A stretch of 64,000 nucleotides of DNA from Mobula hypostoma (taxonomy: Eukaryota), in NCBI RefSeq assembly GCF_963921235.1, contig NC_086097.1, forward strand, positions 87,050,001-87,114,000. The letters run 5' to 3'. A program made the translations under genes and the position numbers. The notes beneath the pieces are model-generated. The model was given only the letters and a program-made list of their open reading frames with translations, made no database searches and had not been told where the DNA came from. Below are positions 38,161 through 51,180 of this stretch, piece after piece. Numbering within the stretch: position 1 is the stretch's first letter; every line of letters starts with the position of its first letter.

Positions 38161-39207
38161 ATGCTTTTGATTCAGTCTACCTAGTTCGCTGGATGTTGGT
38201 TATCGTCTGGAACATTGCAGTAAATGAAATCTCTCTCCCAGGGCATCAGACAGCTGTGAACTTGCTAATTATCTGGGTCATAAGCATCTAATTCTATAGT
38301 AAAATAATAGTTGCTGGAAAAGCTCACTATCAAAAACAGCTTTTTTCTCATGTCCTCTATGAACTTATCATACTTAACATTGGTGAAATAAGAGACACTA
38401 CGTTTGACAATTCGGGAATTTCTCACTACACTAAAATTTTTGTTATACTCCAGAGAGCATTTCAGAATTGGCTGAGCTTCAGGTTCACCTGATATTTCTG
38501 ATAAAATGATTATTGTGTTTTTTAGAGCAGAGATCCAAGCTTGTAGCTGCTTGATTTTAAAATGAACAGTAATTACGATATGTTCTTGTCTACATGTCTC
38601 AGCTGTGAAATCAAGTTAAAAATAAATGCAAGCGTATGCAATACAGGGTGACAGTAGGCTCTGGAGTGTGATGCCTAGTGCTGATATATTAACATTCCAC
38701 ACATCTGCAATCGCTTTTAAATGTAACCTGTTCTTTCATATGAAAAGAAAACTTCTTACATCTTTTGCTGTAGTGTACAATGTGCAAGAGGAAATCCCTG
38801 CATTTATAAACCACCTTTCTCAACTCAAATCACCCCAATAATATATTGTGGAAGTTGCACTGTAAGAAAAATAATTGATATTACAAAATACCAACAGACA
38901 ATAGGAATGTGTCTTTTGAACCTTCTTTTGGAACAGAAGCTATTGGTGCTTTTCTGAACTTGCTCATAATGCAAAATATTATCTGTTCACTTTCAAGTAA
39001 AACTTAACAAAATAAGAAGTAGCAGGTTTCTGAGGATGGGAGGTTGACATTCCCAACCCTCTCAACCCCTGCCCAATCCCCTCCCACCTTCAATAAGATC
39101 ATGGCTCTAAAAGTTGCACGAGGAATAGCATACAATGTTATTATAGACCTCGTATGTCAGCTTAGCTCAACTATTTCAGTAAGTATGCACATCTCTAAAT
39201 TTTAGCA

Positions 39208-39713
39208 TGTAAACACAAGGAATTCTGCAGTGCTGCAAATTCAAGCAACACACATCAAAGTTGCTGGTGAACGCAGCAGGCCAGGCAGCATCTCTAGGAA
39301 GAGGTACAGTCGACGTTTCGGGCCGAGAACCGTCATCAGGACTAACTGAAGGAAGAGCTAGTAAGAGATTTGAAAGTGGGAGGAAGAGGGGGAGATCCAA
39401 AATGATAGGAGAAGACAGGAGGGGGAGGGATGGAGCCAAGAGCTGGACAGGTGATTGGCAAAAGGGATATGAGAGGATCGTGGGGCAGGAGGCCCAGGGA
39501 GAAGGAAAAGGGGGAGGGGGGAGAAAACCCAGAAGATGGGCAAGGGGTATAGTCAGAGGGACAGAGGGAGAAAAAGGAGAGAGAGAGAAAGAATGTGTGT
39601 ATATAAATAAATAACAGATGGGGTATGAGGGGGAGGTGGGGCATTAGCGGAAGTTAGAGAAGTCAATGTACATGCCATCAGGTTGGAGGCTACCCAGAAT
39701 TTGCTAAAGTTTG
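39208..39713 (-). mobile_element. Penelope-like 3' end with a 13-bp TSD
   Basis: CTAAATTTTAGCA at 39195-39207 and 39714-39726; encodes ..GSLQPDGMYIDFSNFR* followed by the terminal repeat. Confidence 0.88.
39307..39344 (-). ncRNA. Minimal type I hammerhead motif
   Basis: Reverse complement reads tagtc-CTGATGA-cggttctcggccc-GAAAC-GTC^gactg. Confidence 0.65.
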
Positions 39714-41763
39714 CTAAATTTTAGCAAACCACTTGACTTGAAGCAAGATGATTAATGATGGCAAACAGGTTTGACGTTATTACTCGTTGTTGTCCTGGCC
39801 TGCCAATCCAACTACATCATTCCAGGTATAGTAGCAGTTTCTCTATGCACCCCACAACATAATGGAGCTAATGGCTTAAAACCCAGAGGCCTGAACTCAT
39901 GTTGTGAATTTTAAGTTCAAGTAATTAAGTCTCAAATGTAACGAGATTTTACCAAAGGTAACCATGAAACTTCTGGACCGCTATAAGAACTTATCTGGTT
40001 CAGGAAAGGAAATCTTGCTGGTTTATATTTGACTCCAGCATCACGTATATGGCTGACTTTTAACTGCCCTCTCAATCGAGGTCCATCAGAAATGGATAGT
40101 AATCACTGGCCTTGCATCATATGAATGAATAAAGTAAATAAAAATCTTTGTCATGAACTCAGATTGGCGACAAATTGCTGTAAATCATTTTGTCAGTCAC
40201 ATAAATAATAATTTTCTTCTATAAGATACCAAACAGAATTGTACACGATAAAAAGTACTGTCACAAGTAATGCTTCTAGTCATGTGTTTGCATGGTGTTA
40301 ATTCATTTCTCTTAAGCTTTTAGCTTGATTCTAATGCCACACTGAGACACACTGTGTGAGGCAGCACTACCTCGAAGCTATGAAAATTAAGTGTGTGCCA
40401 AAACTCAAGCTGAGCAGGGAAGTTATTCAGAAGCTTTCTGTTTGGTTGGGTGAGCTTTATGATTAACAGGAGCAATATGTGAAGGCAAAGACTTCACATT
40501 CCATAAGAACACTTCTCGAGAAGCCAATCAGAGACTTCACATGGACGATAACTGCACAAGCTGGTACATTTAGAGGACAAATGGAGACAACATAAATTCC
40601 TTCGTGGGGTTCAGCAAATAGGGGCGAAAGAAGTTTTGTTTCGTTTGTTTCATGTTAATTGCCATTTCCAGTACACAAGTGTAAAGGAGCGCAAAATAAT
40701 TATTACTCCTGATCCGATGCAGCACAAGAGAAACACAATAAGATAAAGAATACAATAATAATTAAAAACACAATAACTACAAATACATAAGATAGCATAT
40801 ATACATAGATTGATTGTGATGCCAGGCACAGGAGTGACTGTACACAAGCTGACAGACAGGAAGTGATAAAGTGCTGGTGGTGGAGGTTGTGGACATGTCA
40901 GTTAGTGAGTGGAGGTGCTGTTCAGCCTTATTGCTTGGGGAAAATAACTACCTTTGAGTCTGGTATTTTTGGCATCAATGCTATGTAACCTCCTCCCTGA
41001 TGGGAGTAGGACAAACAGTCCATTCGTGGGGTTGACGGCGGGAGGGTGGCGGGATCCTTCATGGTGTTACTGGCTCTTTTCCGCCACCTTTCTGTATATA
41101 TATCCTAGATGGCAGATAGGCGGGTGTTGGTGGCTGATGCGTTGGGTAGTTTGACTACCTGCCGTAGAGCCTTCCTGTCCACTGCAGTGCTGTTTCCGTA
41201 CCACGAAGTGATGCAGCCTTTTTGGATGTTCTTAACTGCGCATCTGTAGATTGATGTGAGTATAAGACTATAAGTCCATAAGACATGAGCGGAATTAAGT
41301 CATTTGGCCCACTGAGTCTGCTCTGCCATTCAATCATGGCTGATCGTTTTTTTTTAGATACATAGATAAGTGGATGAGCTTAGAGCGTGTATCAGCACTT
41401 GGAGCTATGACGTGGTGGCCATTACAGAGACTTGAATGGTGTAGGGGCAGGAATGGCTACTTCAAGTGCCAGGCTTTAGATGTTTCAGAAAGGACAGGGA
41501 AGGAGGCAAAAGAGGCGGGGGGGGTGGCACTGTTGATCAGAGATAGTGTCATGGCTGCAGAAAAGGAGGAAAACATGGAGGGATTGTCTATGGAGTCTCT
41601 GTGGGTGGAAGTTAGGAACAGGAAGGGGTCAATATTTCACCTGGGTGTTTTTTATAGACCACCCAATAGTAACAAGAACATCGAGGAGCAGATAGGGAGA
41701 CAGATTCTGGAAAGAGTAATAATAACAGGATTGCTCTGGTGGGAGATTTTAATTTCCCAAATA

Positions 41764-43362
41764 CCCAGGTTTCCCCCGCCATCTGAAGGTAGAGCGTTCC
41801 TATGAAACAGTTTGTAAGCTGGAATGTCGTAAAGCAAAGAAGCAATTGCCATTAATTTATATGGGAAAAATTTGTGAGCATTCACAGACCCAAAAAAAAC
41901 CTACCAAATCATGCCAAATAACACATAAAACCTAAAATAACAGTAAAATATAGTAAAAACAGGAATGATATGATGAATACACAGCCTATATAAAGTAGAA
42001 ATACTTTTCCGCAATCATTGCCTTACTGTTCTCCGTAGTGAAAATCTCACGCAAGCGCCGTCGGCAAAACCAAGGCGCAAGCGCTCTCCAGTAACCTTTA
42101 AGCTATGAAGCTGCCAAATCATACCAAGTAAGGCATAAAAATATACAGCCTATATAAAGTAGAAATAATGTATGTACAGTGTAGTATCACTTACCGGAAC
42201 TGGGACAGCGCAGAGCACACTGTTGATGGTGTGTTAGGCTGAGTCGTCAGAGGTTGGGGTGGTGCAGTGGCCCCCACTCTCTGTGCCACCGACTGATACC
42301 GATCCACAAAGAATGCAGGGCTACAGTGGTGGCCGGGACGCACTCAGCACATCTTTAAGAAAAAAAGCCGAAATAAACAAGCTAATTAATTAGGTGCCGC
42401 CTGGCACATAAATGTCGGCCCAGATCAGAGACGACGCAACCAGCAATTGCCTCTGATCTGGGCCGACATTTACGTGCCGGGCAGCACCTAATTAATTAGC
42501 TTGTTTATTTCGGCTTTTTTCTTAAAGATGTGCTGTGTGTCTCTCAGCTACCGCTGCATTCTCCAACAGCCCCGGGGTTGGGGTGGTGGGACACTGGGGT
42601 GTCATCAAGGCAGGCAGGTCATCTTCTTCTATGTCTGCCTGCCTTGATGTCGAAGGTTGAGATTTGTCATCTGCTGTGGCTGATGTGGAAGGCGTGAAAA
42701 ATGGCAGTATGCTTGACTGCTTGGTCTCGCGCAATTTTAGATCATACAGTTCTTTGTAAGCACTCAAACCATCTTGGAAATATGCCCTAAACCGATGTAC
42801 CCTTTCAAAATTAAAGTCATACTTTATCATTGCAGTGAAAATCTCACGCAGTTGCTTCACATTCAGTTAAGAATTTGTTTTAGAATTTGTTCACTACTGC
42901 ATTCGGTTTCAATTGTTATCCTTTCCTCTTCCAATTGCATCAGCTCTTCATCTATCAGTTCTTGGTCATAGGATGCCAAAACCTCTTCAACATCATCTTT
43001 GTTAACTTCCACAATCCAAACTCACTTTGTCCTTACTTCGTTCACCACGATCGAAACGCTTAATTATGTCTAGTTTTACGTCAAGTGTAACACCCTTACG
43101 AGCTCTTTCAGGCTTTCCCAATATCTTAGAACTCATCTTGCAAATGGATGCTCACAGGCATGTGATTAAGCAATGCCGGCTAGAATGCCGTTCCGAATCC
43201 GGAGGAGAGCAGCTGCTCGGGGCACGCGCTGATTTTTTTTCGCGCACTGCTTTTTTCGTAACAGTGAAAACACCTTCTGTTAGTGAAAACAGGGAACTAA
43301 TATAGGTGTTTCATAACAGTGAGGTTTCATAAAGCGAACGTTCAAAAAGCAGGGGACACCTG
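41764..43362 (-). mobile_element. Tigger/pogo DNA transposon deletion derivative
   Basis: Imperfect TIRs CAGGTTTCCCCCGC and GCAGGGGACACCTG, flanked by TA (41762-41763, 43363-43364). N-terminus MSSKILGKPERARKGVTLDVKLDIIKRFDRGE (ATG at 43136) is joined to the C-terminus ..DDVEEVLASYDQELIDEELMQLEE..YKELY..KQSSILPFF. Confidence 0.85.
42345..42535. repeat. Long inverted repeat (about 85-bp arms, 20-nt loop)
   Basis: 42345-42430 is a near-perfect reverse complement of 42451-42535. Confidence 0.95.
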
Positions 43363-45426
43363 TATTGATTGGCAGCTCCCTAGAGTGAGGGATTTAGATG
43401 AGGTAGAGTTATTTAGGTGTGTTCAGTAAGGTTTCTTGACACAATATGTAGATAAGTCTATAAGAGGAGAGGCTGTATTTGATCTGGTATTGAGAAATGA
43501 ACCTGGTCAGGTGTCAGGTCTCTCAGTGAGAGAGTATTTTGGAGATAGTGATCACAAGTCTATCTCCTTTACCATAGCATTGGAGGGGGATAGGAATAGA
43601 CAGGTTAGGAAAGCGTTTAATTGGAGTAAGGGGAAATATGATGCTCTCAGGCAAGAACTTGGAAGCAAAATTGGGAACAGATGTTCTCAGGGAAATCTAC
43701 GGAAGAAATGTGGCAAATGTTCAGGGGATATTTGAGGGGGTTCTGAGTTGTTCCAATGAGAAATGGAAAAGATGGTAGGGTGCAAGATCCGTGGTGTACA
43801 AAGGCTGTTGTAAATCTAGTCAAGAAGAAAAGAAGAGCTTACGAAAGGTTCATAAAACAAGATAATGATAGAGATCTAGAAGATTATAAAGCTAGCAGGA
43901 AGGAGTTTAAGAATGAGATTAGGAGAGCCAGAAGAGGCCATGAGAAGGCCTCGGCAGACAGGATTAAGGAAAACCCCAAGTCATTCTACAAGTATGTGCA
44001 GAGCAAGAGGATAAGACGTGAGAGAATAGGACCAATCAATTGTGACAGTGGAACAGTGTGTATGGAATCGGCGGAAATGGCAGACGTACTTAATGAATAC
44101 TTTGCTTCAGTACTCACAATGGAAAAGGATCTTGGTGATTGTAGGGATGACTTGCAGTGGACTGAAAAGCTTGAGCATGTAGATATTAAGGAACATGATG
44201 TGCTGGAGCTTTTGGAAAGCATCAAGTTGGATAAGTCACTGGGGCAGGGTGGGATGTACCCCACACTACTGTGGGAAGTGAGGGAGGAGATTGCTGACGG
44301 TCTGGCAATGATCTTTGCATCATCAATGAGGACGGGAGAGGCTCCGGAAGATTGGAGGGTTGCGAATGTTGTTCCCTTATTCAAGAAAGGGAATAGGGAT
44401 AGCCCAGGAAATTATCGGCCAGTGAGTTTTACTTCAGTGGTTGGTAAGTTGATGGAGAAGATCCTGAGAGGCAGGATTTATAAACATTAGGAGAGGTATA
44501 ATATGATTAGGAATAGTCAGCATGGCTTTGTCAAAGGCAGATCGTGCCTTATGAGCCTGACTGAATTTTTTGAGGATGTGACTAAGCACATTGATGAAGG
44601 TAGAGCCATAGATGTAGTGTATATGGATTTTAGCAAGGCATTTTATAAGGTACCCCATGCCAGGTGTATTGAGAAAGTAAGGAGGCATGGGATCCAAGAG
44701 GACATTGTTTTGTGGATCCAGAACTGGCTTGCCCACAGAAGGCAAAGAGTGGTTGTAGATGGGTCATATTCTGCATGGAGGCCGATGACCAGTGGAGTGC
44801 CTTGGGGATCTGTTGTGGGACCCCTACTCTTTGTGATTTTTATAAATGACCTGGATGAGGAAGTGGAGGGATGGGTTAGTAAATTTGCTGATGACACAAA
44901 AGTTGGGGGTGTTGTGGATAGTGTGGAGGGCTCTCAGAGGTTGCAATGGGACATTGATAGGATGCAAAACTCGGCTGAGAAATAGCAGATGGAGTACAAC
45001 CCAGAAAAGTGTGAAATTGTTCATTTTGGTAGGTCAAGTATGATGGCAGAATATAGCATTTATGGTAAGACTCTCGGCAGTGTGGAGGTTCAGATGGATC
45101 TTGGGGTCCGAGTCCATAGGACATTCAAAGCTGCTACGCAGGTTGACTCTGTAGTTAAGAAGGCATATGGTGCATTGGGTTTCATCAATCATGGGATTGA
45201 GTTTAAGAGTCCAGAGGTAATGTTGCAGCTATATAGGACCCTGGTCAGACCCCACTTGGAGTACTGGCTCAATTCTGATCGCTTCACTACAGGGAGGACG
45301 TGGAAACCATAGAAAGGTTGCAGAGGAGATTTACAAGGATGTTGCCTGGATTGGGGAGCATGTCTTATGAGAATAGGTTGAATGAACTCGTCCTTTTCTC
45401 CTTGGAGCGACGGTGGATGAGAGGTG

Positions 45427-46305
45427 TGGTACGTAACCGGCAACAATGAACATTAATCGAGACAGGTTTTATAAAAACAACCAAACACTTATTAAACACG
45501 TATAAATGACAAGGGAAAAAAAAACAAAGCAGAACTTTAACCGGAGGTTAACAGGTACGCAGTTGTTCACCAACTCGCCACTCGGCTCTGGTTCTTAAAG
45601 CGTTAAATGCGAAAACAGTTCTTAAAGCGATACAGTCAGATATAGTTCTTAAAGCGATAACTTCAAAAATCCAACCGTTTTACACATTCAATTGGGAGAG
45701 ACTTCTCTGGAGAAAGATTTCTTCACAGACGCGCCTTTACTGCCAGTTTTGTCCACAGGATTCCCGGTGCCGAAAATAAACAGTTTAAATCAACTGACCT
45801 TAAACTCCTTTTAGAGAGAAAGAACCTTTTTGCATGAACTCATTGCCCTTTTTTCAAGAGTTATCTCAATGCAGGTTCTCTCCAACGAAGACTCAATAAG
45901 GCCGATTCTTTATTAAACTGCCAAACGATGCCGACTTCTCTCGATCCTTTACTGCGATGAATTCTTCACTCTCCCTTGAAAACTGTCGGAATTGAGCAAA
46001 TTGGCACTTCCAGCCACAAATTCCCAGTCCAAATATACTGTATCTTGTAAAAGAACGCACCTTCCGTTTTAAAAATGAAACTGCGTCACAAAAACAAACA
46101 CACAACAGAAACAGAGGCACAACGTGTTCTATCTGGAAATCTACAAACTCAAAAACTAACTGTGTCACCTGAGTCGACCCTTATGTAGTCACAGGGCACA
46201 TGTCATCACGTGACCTCACATCGGTGGGAAAATCACATCAGGTGACCTCCAAAAGACCATTACATCATTCTCACAAAAAAACCAGATCTCCTTGAGCATG
46301 TAACA
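45427..46305 (-). mobile_element. Solo LTR, 879 bp
   Basis: TGGTACGT...ATGTAACA termini; 4-bp TSD GGTG at 45423-45426 and 46306-46309. Removing it restores the CR1 sequence GAGAGGTGACCTG. Strand is tentative. Confidence 0.8.
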
Positions 46306-49269
46306 GGTGACCTGATAGAGGAGTACAAGATAATGAGAGACATCGATCGTCTGGATAGCCACAGGCTTTTCCCCAGGGCTTATATGGCTAGCTCGAGAGG
46401 GCATAGATTTAAGGTGCTTGGAAGTAGGTACAGAGGAGATGTCAGGGCTAAGTTTTTTACGCAGAGAGTGGTGAGTGGGTGGAATGGGCTGCCGGCGGTG
46501 GTGATGGAGGCAGAAATGATAGGGTCTTTTCAGAGGCTCCTGGATGGCTACATGGAGCTTAGTAAAATAGAGGACTATGGGTAATGCCTTGGTAGTTCTA
46601 ATGTAGGGACATGTTCGGCACATCTTTGTGGGCCGAAGGGCCTGTATTGTACTGTAGGTTTTCTATGTTTCTATGTGCATTGTCCAGCTCCCCTCAGCCT
46701 CCTCAGAAAGTAAAGGCATTAGTGAACTTTCCTGCATGTATAGGATGTGTTCTAGGACCCTGTGGCGTTGTGCGAGATGTGCACTCCCAGGAGTTTGAAG
46801 CTGCTAAGGTGCTGACGTAAAGAGGGGTGTGCGTGGTGTGAGCTCTCCTGAAGTTGATACCTATCTCCATTGTCTTGTTGCCATTGAGAAAATGGTTACT
46901 TGCCTGGCACCAGGCCTCGTAGCTGTTCCACCTCCTCTCTGTAGGCTTTCTTATCGTTGTTGCTGATGAGCCCCACCACTGTCGCATTATACGTGAATCT
47001 AACAATGTGATTGCTCGGGTGTTTGACCATGTAGTCATCTGTGAGCCGAGCATACAGCAATGGGCTCAGCACACAGCCCTGGGGGGCGCCTGTGCTGAGG
47101 GTGATGGGGCGTTTGCAGAAAATCCAAGCCAAACATGCAACTCCTCATCTTCCAGAGCTAGCTGAAGTTTTCAAAGCAATAACCGTGGATATAAGCCATG
47201 GCTTTAAACCTTGTATGTGAATGCATAACTGTAACTACTGAGTTAGATTGTTTATCTCACAGTGAGAATCAAGTTATTACAGAGCAAAACTGAGAAAATT
47301 TTTGAAATAGTTATGAATATCTCGAATCTTCTCATTGGAAAGTTGGAACAGATGTCAGCATTAGGTACCTGTGGACTCTGGTTCTGTCCCTAAAGAACCA
47401 ATATGCTTGGAGAAAAAACAGCTGTAGATTTAAATTTGGTCTCTAGGATTCTGTAAAATCAGTTTTAAGTTTATCCTCTGTTCTTTGTGGGATGAGATCA
47501 GAAGTAAATCTCCTCCTAACTTTGGGTAAATGTCATGGTCCTCACTTATTTCTTCAGCTGAGAGATATGGTTATCTCCTGCTGGGCAAGCATACATTGTA
47601 TGTTCTGAATCACCTTGAACTGAGTGGCTTGACAGCCTGTTTTAGTGGAGTGCACAGGTCAGGATGGTATATATTCTTCTTTGAAGGATATTAGTTAACT
47701 AGCTGAGTCTTTGATGACAATGAAACTGCAGTAGTAACATTGTCACTAAGAAAAATAAGATTTAAGTTTAATTAAGTTTAAATTTGGACTTCTGTCTGGG
47801 GATTTGAACATGTCCTTGAACCTTTGGTTCAGGCCTCAGGATACCTGCCCATTAATTTAACCATACTATGCTACTCCCTATCTAATGAGAGCCAGGACCT
47901 ATACAACTTACAGGCCTACATCTCCACAAGTCCAATACAATGGCCTCCAGTAGTACTGTCATACTCGTAATTCCTCCTGTAATACACCCAACCTCAGGAT
48001 AGGCAATCAATGTGACGAGCTGTCTGAAGTGAGTCTGCAGCAAATTATTAATGCAACAAGATCCTGTTGCTAGAGTGATAGCTGTTCCACATCCGTAGAG
48101 CAGCTGGATTTTCCCTGAACTGTTGCAGTCTTTTTGTACCCTTTCTTTTTTAACTTCATTAATATCAGTGACCCTGCTTCTCATTCACTGTTCAAAGAAG
48201 CTGGTGAAATGACTGCCACGAGATAAGGTGCTTAGACATTGTGAGCTGGCATTGCCCATTGATTTTCAATTTGCTGTCTTTGTGGCATGTCCTGGATATC
48301 CCAATGCTCTTCATGTTCAATGACTTACTTTCCATATTTATTCATAGTTGTCATACAGGCAAAGGCAGCAGCTAATTTTCACAGTGCAAAGTCCTATCAA
48401 CAGCAATAGAGATAAATATTAATCAATTAAAAATAGCTGATTCGGAACTGGAAGGACATCCAGTAAAAATGACATTCAGTGATAATTGGACATCTGTTGA
48501 GAATATCCCAGCAAATACTGGCATGAACTTTTAGATGTACAATTAGTAACATTGAATAAAAGTTAGAAATAAAATATAACCAATAAAATTTATTTTCTAT
48601 TTACACAGGTTAGCCAGTAGGGTCAAGTGAACCATTGCATGTTTTGACTTAAATTGGTTCCTCTCCAGTAAATTCCAATTTTCTGAAATCCGTGATGCAA
48701 TTAAATTCTTGGCTTTGTGTTAAGTGTCAGGTGTGGCTTCAAAATTGTTTGATAAATAATGTATTTTGACACTTGCTGAGAAATAAGCTGATTGAAAACC
48801 AATTCATGTCTCATCTTGATCAAATAGATTAACTTTATGGCTGGGTGGGTATTTAAGTTTAATACTGCTATTGTGCACTATGGAAAATAACTTCAGAATA
48901 AGAGCATTAGGATATTAAAACTAGGTGTGGTATTTGTTTAGTCTGATGAAGTTAAGCTCTTAATACCTTTGTAGTCTGAAGATTTTATAACAATTTAACA
49001 GAGGTTCTGTGAAAATTTTATTCAAATTGTCTAAAAAAATTGTCATTGATGCTTAAGTCCTATCCAAAAGGAACAATAGTTAATTGAGCTGATTGCTGAT
49101 CTAGTCTGCAATTATTTCACTTTAGTTTGCAAACTTTTTAGGAATATAGTGCAAAATATCTTAAGGGGTAGGAACGTAGGAATGAATTGAGGAAAATGCA
49201 AAACCTATGCCTTTAAACTAGACTCATTCCAATGAGACAAGCCATTGATTGTAGACTTCAGGAGTGGAA

Positions 49270-49965
49270 GTAGGGAGGTCAAACCCCAGTCCTCGCTGAA
49301 GGATTAGGAGTTAAAATGGTGAGCAACTTCATGTTCCTGAGCATCAACACCTCAGGGGATCTATCTTGGAGCCAACATACTGTGCACTCAAGAAGAAGGC
49401 ACACCGGCGGCTTTACTTACTTAGGTGTTTCAGAAGAATTGGTATGTCACCTAACGCAATTGCAAGTTCCTACCGATGTAGGCTGAAGAGCATCCTGACC
49501 TGGTATAAAGTCCTAAGCACAAGAAATTCTGCAGATGCTGGGATTCCAGAGTAATGCACACAAGATGGTGAAGGAACTCTGCGGGTCAATGCTGAGAAAT
49601 AAGTAGTCTGCGTTTTGGGCTGAGACCTTCAACCCATCTCTCTATCAAGGACGTTTTCAAGAGTCAGTGCCTCAAGATGGAAGCGTCCATCATTAAATAT
49701 CTCCATCCTCTGGGACATGCCCGCTTCATGTTACTACCTTTGGGGATGAGGTAAATAAGTCTGAAGACCCACACTCAATAGTTTCTTTCCCTCTTCTATT
49801 AGAATTATGAATTTTTTATCAACCCATGAATACAATTTTGTTATGTTCTCATTACTACCTCGTTATTTCTCTTTTGCACTATTTACTTATTTTTGTAACT
49901 TACAGCAATTTTAATATCTTACTGTGTCGTGACACATTTCAGTGATAATAAATCTGATTCTTACT
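49270..49965 (+). mobile_element. Rex1/Babar-type 3' fragment interrupted by a minus-strand PLE repeat (about 49505-49630)
   Basis: KKAHRRLYLLRCFRRIGMS..YRC.LKSILT, then GCACAAGAAATTCTGCAGATGCTG. Confidence 0.7.
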
Positions 49966-49999
49966 GTGGCCCAGCAACGATGCAGGAATAGTGATGAAT

Positions 50000-51180
50000 T
50001 TCTATTTCACAGTGATGTTTGACTTGGAGGATAATCCACTTGGTTGTGACCTACAAAATATCAATGCTGATCCTCCAAGATACCTGCTGGCCTTGTCCTC
50101 CTTGGTGTTGTTCTTAGTTGAGGTTGTAGTTTTGAGAGTTCCGGTCAGAATAAACTAGGTAAGTGACAGTAATGCAATCATAAATGGCATCCACTGACAC
50201 CAAAGAGTGTTGGTAGTGGATGAGGTGCCAATTATGTAGGCTGTCTTTTCCTGGAAGGTTCTGAGCTACTTGAGTGTTGACGGAGCAGCATTCATCCATG
50301 TCTGGGTTTCCCAGCCTGGGTTCTTGCTTAATGGTATAAAAAAGGTTGGAAACCCTGATCCATATGAATGGAGGTTATTCCAAAACCTTCCTGACCTGTG
50401 GCATGTAAGTGGTTTTGGGATGTCTGAAGGGGAGCTACTTAATGAAGGATATTAGACATCTAACCACATTGACTAGTTCTGTTAAATTTATACTTGAAGT
50501 TAATTCTTAGCTGCTGATGATGTCTAGATTGTCTCTTATCAGACATGGTCATTGTCTGGCACTTTCATAGCACAAATTTTCTCTGTCTTCTGAAAGAGTC
50601 TTTGATCTGAAACATTACTTCTTTTTCTCTCTTTTCAGTTCAAATGAAGGATCTTTAACCTGGCAGCTTAGCTAAGTTTCTCTTCTCACTGACATAGTCT
50701 AACTTGCCTTGTATTTCTAGTAATTTCTGTTTTTATAGTAGCAGACATATTACTTGGCACTTATGCCTGAAAGTGCTGCTGGTCTTGCTGCATGCAGCCA
50801 TGGACTACTTCCTTTCTTGAGGTTTTGAAAATAAAATTTACTATGGTGCTGTTTTCAATGGGAATCCTAATTTCTTGTCTTATATTGAAGGAAGTCATTG
50901 ATGAAGGTGGTGAAGATGGTTGTGTTGAGAACACTGTCCAAAGACTTACTGCGGCTGGGATGATTGAGCACCAAGCACCAGCAACCATGTTTGTGTGAGA
51001 CATGATTCTAACCATTGCAATCTTTCTCCTCCTTGATGCCATCTGCTTCAGTATTACCAATGTTCGTTGATGCCATGTTCAGTCAACTTTTGCATTATTT
51101 CACGCTTGCCTCCCATCTGGAATTCATCTCTTTAGGTTAAGCTGTGAAAAAGTGTGGAGCTGAGTGGTCCTGTCAAACTC
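50000..51180 (-). mobile_element. Old degenerate CR1/L2-group LINE RT remnant
   Basis: Reverse complement of about 50890-50945 reads ..SVLNTTIFTTFINDF.., a degenerate GSVLGP..FINDL motif. Confidence 0.5.

Larger units (their letters stand above)
41352..46674 (+). mobile_element. CR1 LINE, near-complete ORF2, with two nested insertions
   Basis: Same family as 10255-14073; GDFNFP, PGNYRPVS, YMDFSKAF, FADDTK and a TTCTATGTTTCTAT tail. Confidence 0.92.
40650..47110 (-). mobile_element. Rex1/Babar-type LINE (40650-41261 plus 46675-47110) split by a CR1 complex
   Basis: TGAPQGCVLSPLLY..YREEVEQL at 46896-47132; the 3' half continues at 41261. Confidence 0.7.

Noticed and set aside
47882..48184. 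100-aa minus-strand ORF in apparently unique sequence
   Set aside because: No recognisable domain or convincing splice signals; compatible with chance.
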